From Promethearchaeota archaeon (GTDB lineage: Archaea > Asgardarchaeota > Lokiarchaeia > Sigyniarchaeales > SOKP01): a DNA stretch of 40,533 nucleotides. This document shows positions 38,218 to 40,533 of this stretch, in pieces (position 1 is the stretch's first letter; every line of letters starts with the position of its first letter). Position numbers and translations under genes: made by a program. The stretch lies in assembly GCA_048940925.1 (NCBI GenBank), contig JBHLOC010000043.1:1-40533 (forward strand). The letters are read 5' to 3'. The notes under the pieces are model-generated. The model made no database searches and was not told the origin of the DNA. It saw only the letters and a program-made list of their open reading frames with translations.

Positions 38218-40533
38218 TTATAATTCACTGAACACTGTTCTCGCGATAATATCATCCTGAAGCTCTTTTGTTAAATCTATGAATCGAGCAGAATAACCAG
38301 AAACTTTAACTGACAAGTCTGGATATTTTTCTGGATGAGCTTGTGCATCTCTTAGCGTTTCTGTACTTATTGGATTTATTTGAAGTTCTCTACCCCCTAT
38401 CTCTAAATAAGCTTCCACTATAGAAGTTAAATGTTCGAGTCCTTCGTCTGTTTCTAGTATACTCGGATTGATTCTAATATTCATAGTTGCTCCATTAGTT
38501 AAATGAGGTTCACCGGTTGCATAAGCTACTGATCGGAGTGCCATGGTAAGCCCATTTTTTTCCATACCGTTTCCAGGAGAAATACCGTTTGCTACAGGTT
38601 CATAGGCTAATCTTCCGTCTGCAGTCGCCCCCAATGCTTTACCTTCCATAACTTGTGTTCCAGAAGATACAAGGCAATTATGATATATACCATCACCGCC
38701 TCTTGCTTTATATTTTCTTGTAATGTCACATAGGGTAGATGCAACCCATTTTGCTAGGTCATCTGTCCGCTCATCACCATTTCCATATTTGGGAGCTTTA
38801 TTTCGTAATTTTTCTCGAAGTTCTTCTGCCCCTCTGAAATTATTATTCATGTGGTTAACTAATTCTTCCATTGTCACTAATTTCTCTTCAAATACTGCCC
38901 AACGAATTGCTGCTAAGGAATCGGTAACAGTTGCTAATCCTTGTGAACCCATAGGATTATTATTATATTTAGCTCCGTTTCGAGTTGCGTCCATTCCACT
39001 TTCGAGACATCCTTCTATTGTAGATGAAAGCAATGGGGAAGGTAGATGATCAGCAAATGCTTTATCCTTTAACTCTGCTTTTTTCACAGTGAGATCTATC
39101 GCAAATTTAAGCTGGTCTACAAAAGCTTTCTTTACATCTTCAAAAGATTTAAAAGTTTTAGCTGGGGGTGTTTTCGCTCCAACAGTTTTATTTCTTGAAA
39201 AAATAGTACGTCCTTCGTTTAATGCCATGTTAAGAAGGATTGAAATCTGAACGGCATTACCTGCAGTATAAGAGAAATCATTACCAGTACCATGGGGTTC
39301 CACACATCCTACAAGTGAATAATCTCTAGCATCCTCTAATGAATATCCCGTATTATGAAGCTGTGGCACTAACACTTCATCATTATGAATGCCCATTCCA
39401 GCAGTATATTTAAAAGCTTCAATAGTTCTTTTCACAAAATTATGAGGTGTTTTGGAAGAAATTCGTATCGATATTGTATTCAATAAGCTTTTTACATTTG
39501 CAACAGCTTCAAGAAACATGTATGAAACATCATTAGTTGCATCATTTCCATCCTTGTCTAGTCCACCGATAGTTACATTATTCTGTCCTGCGATAACGAC
39601 AGAAGCAAGTTTAACTAAATATTCCTCAATGAGTTCTAAAGCTTCATCATATGTAATACGACCTTCAGCTAAATCAGCGGCATAGTATGGGTAAAGATAT
39701 TGGTCTACCCGTCCTTGAGAAAATATATTTCCTTCACCATAGCTCATTTCCATGACGACATTAGTCATCCATATTGATTGAAGTGCTTCCATGAACGTTC
39801 TTGGTGAGAGGGCAGGTACTCTTCTTGTACGTTCAGCAATCTCTAAAAGTTCAGCCTTTCTTGTTTCTGGCGCATTTTCTGCCATTTCGATTGCGAGATC
39901 GGCATAGCGATTGGAATAATCGCAAACTGCTCTTGCTGCTACCACAACCGATTCATAAAAATCCTTGCGTTGGTCATATTTTTCATCTGTCTCCTTGAGT
40001 TTCGCAAGTCCTTCTTCTGCCATTTTTTCAATTCCTCTAAATCCCATTTTGAGAACTCGTCTATATCCGGGAATGACATGTCCTTGACCGCTAGCTCCCG
40101 CAAATATATCAGTACCGCTCCGAGACCTACCTCTAGGACTTAATGCAGCCCCTGCTTCAATTAAACCTGCTTTTTTCCAATATTCTCGCTTTCGAGCTGC
40201 TACTGTTCTTTCTTTCCAGAAGGGGACGATTTCATTTTTCAACTCATCCATTTCTTCCTTTGGTAAGGGAAGATATCGGTTTATAAATGTAAAACTTTTA
40301 CTGAAACCATCTCTTATTTTTTTATCTATTGAATCATTAAAGATAAACCCAAAAATGCTAGCACGCATTCCACGTTCTATTTCTATTGGATCGGCTCTTA
40401 TTTTACTAGATTTTACGCCTACAAGAAGCTCATCTTCTTCAATCCTAATAGGTAAGCAGCGTAAGAATTCCTCTAATGCTTTGACATTTTTCATACAGGG
40501 CGGAGCATCTTCCATTTGTTTATATATTCTTGT
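38218..40533 (-). CDS. Glycyl-radical enzyme, non-PFL type (5' end beyond the window)
   Basis: GRVDQYLYPYY, single-Cys loop GCVEP, APKYGN, GATADGR, Gly-radical motif VKVSGYS. The frame is open to the window edge (TRIYKQMED). Confidence 0.93.
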   Translation of the reverse strand, partial: TRIYKQMEDAPPCMKNVKALEEFLRCLPIRIEEDELLVGVKSSKIRADPIEIERGMRASIFGFIFNDSIDKKIRDGFSKSFTFINRYLPLPKEEMDELKNEIVPFWKERTVAARKREYWKKAGLIEAGAALSPRGRSRSGTDIFAGASGQGHVIPGYRRVLKMGFRGIEKMAEEGLAKLKETDEKYDQRKDFYESVVVAARAVCDYSNRYADLAIEMAENAPETRKAELLEIAERTRRVPALSPRTFMEALQSIWMTNVVMEMSYGEGNIFSQGRVDQYLYPYYAADLAEGRITYDEALELIEEYLVKLASVVIAGQNNVTIGGLDKDGNDATNDVSYMFLEAVANVKSLLNTISIRISSKTPHNFVKRTIEAFKYTAGMGIHNDEVLVPQLHNTGYSLEDARDYSLVGCVEPHGTGNDFSYTAGNAVQISILLNMALNEGRTIFSRNKTVGAKTPPAKTFKSFEDVKKAFVDQLKFAIDLTVKKAELKDKAFADHLPSPLLSSTIEGCLESGMDATRNGAKYNNNPMGSQGLATVTDSLAAIRWAVFEEKLVTMEELVNHMNNNFRGAEELREKLRNKAPKYGNGDERTDDLAKWVASTLCDITRKYKARGGDGIYHNCLVSSGTQVMEGKALGATADGRLAYEPVANGISPGNGMEKNGLTMALRSVAYATGEPHLTNGATMNIRINPSILETDEGLEHLTSIVEAYLEIGGRELQINPISTETLRDAQAHPEKYPDLSVKVSGYSARFIDLTKELQDDIIARTVFSEL

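Noticed and set aside
608-39998. Short ORF-track entries overlapping real genes (e.g. 608..802, 966..1172, 6247..6447, 15704..16039, 31231..31773, 38723..39049)
   Set aside because: Antisense or alternative-frame shadows of well-supported CDSs with no recognisable motifs.
1-40533. CRISPR arrays, tRNA/rRNA genes, IS elements, proviral genes
   Set aside because: No spaced repeats, cloverleaf-like GC-rich segments, transposase or integrase ORFs were seen by eye; tRNAscan-SE or Infernal would be decisive.

Overview
AT-rich archaeal chromosomal segment, most likely from an Asgard (Lokiarchaeia-like) genome. This is inferred from archaeal information genes (TFB, aIF5B, class I CCA-adding enzyme, Taw1, EF-2) occurring with Rab-like and Arf/Rag-like small GTPases and a large alpha-solenoid protein. 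About 30 CDSs; no tRNA, rRNA, CRISPR array or mobile element was seen. The main observation concerns the EF-2 family gene (25831..28113, minus strand), which the ORF track splits in two. It is interrupted inside the conserved switch-I motif by a 30-nt insert carrying a stop codon (27895..27924). The insert folds into a bulge-helix-bulge (BHB) motif of the type cut by the archaeal tRNA-splicing endonuclease. Cutting at the canonical bulge positions restores MTDSDDEEQERGITI and a 750-aa protein, and the flanking exons pair with each other through GC-rich synonymous codons. This indicates a candidate tRNA-type intron in a translation-factor mRNA. Secondary observations: a CoA-transferase/Pat-type GNAT fusion lacking the catalytic Glu, divergent from acs; a pseudo-GTPase/solenoid protein; a Taw1 with a winged-helix insertion; and several promoter repeats. 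All calls come from reading motifs by eye; no searches were run.
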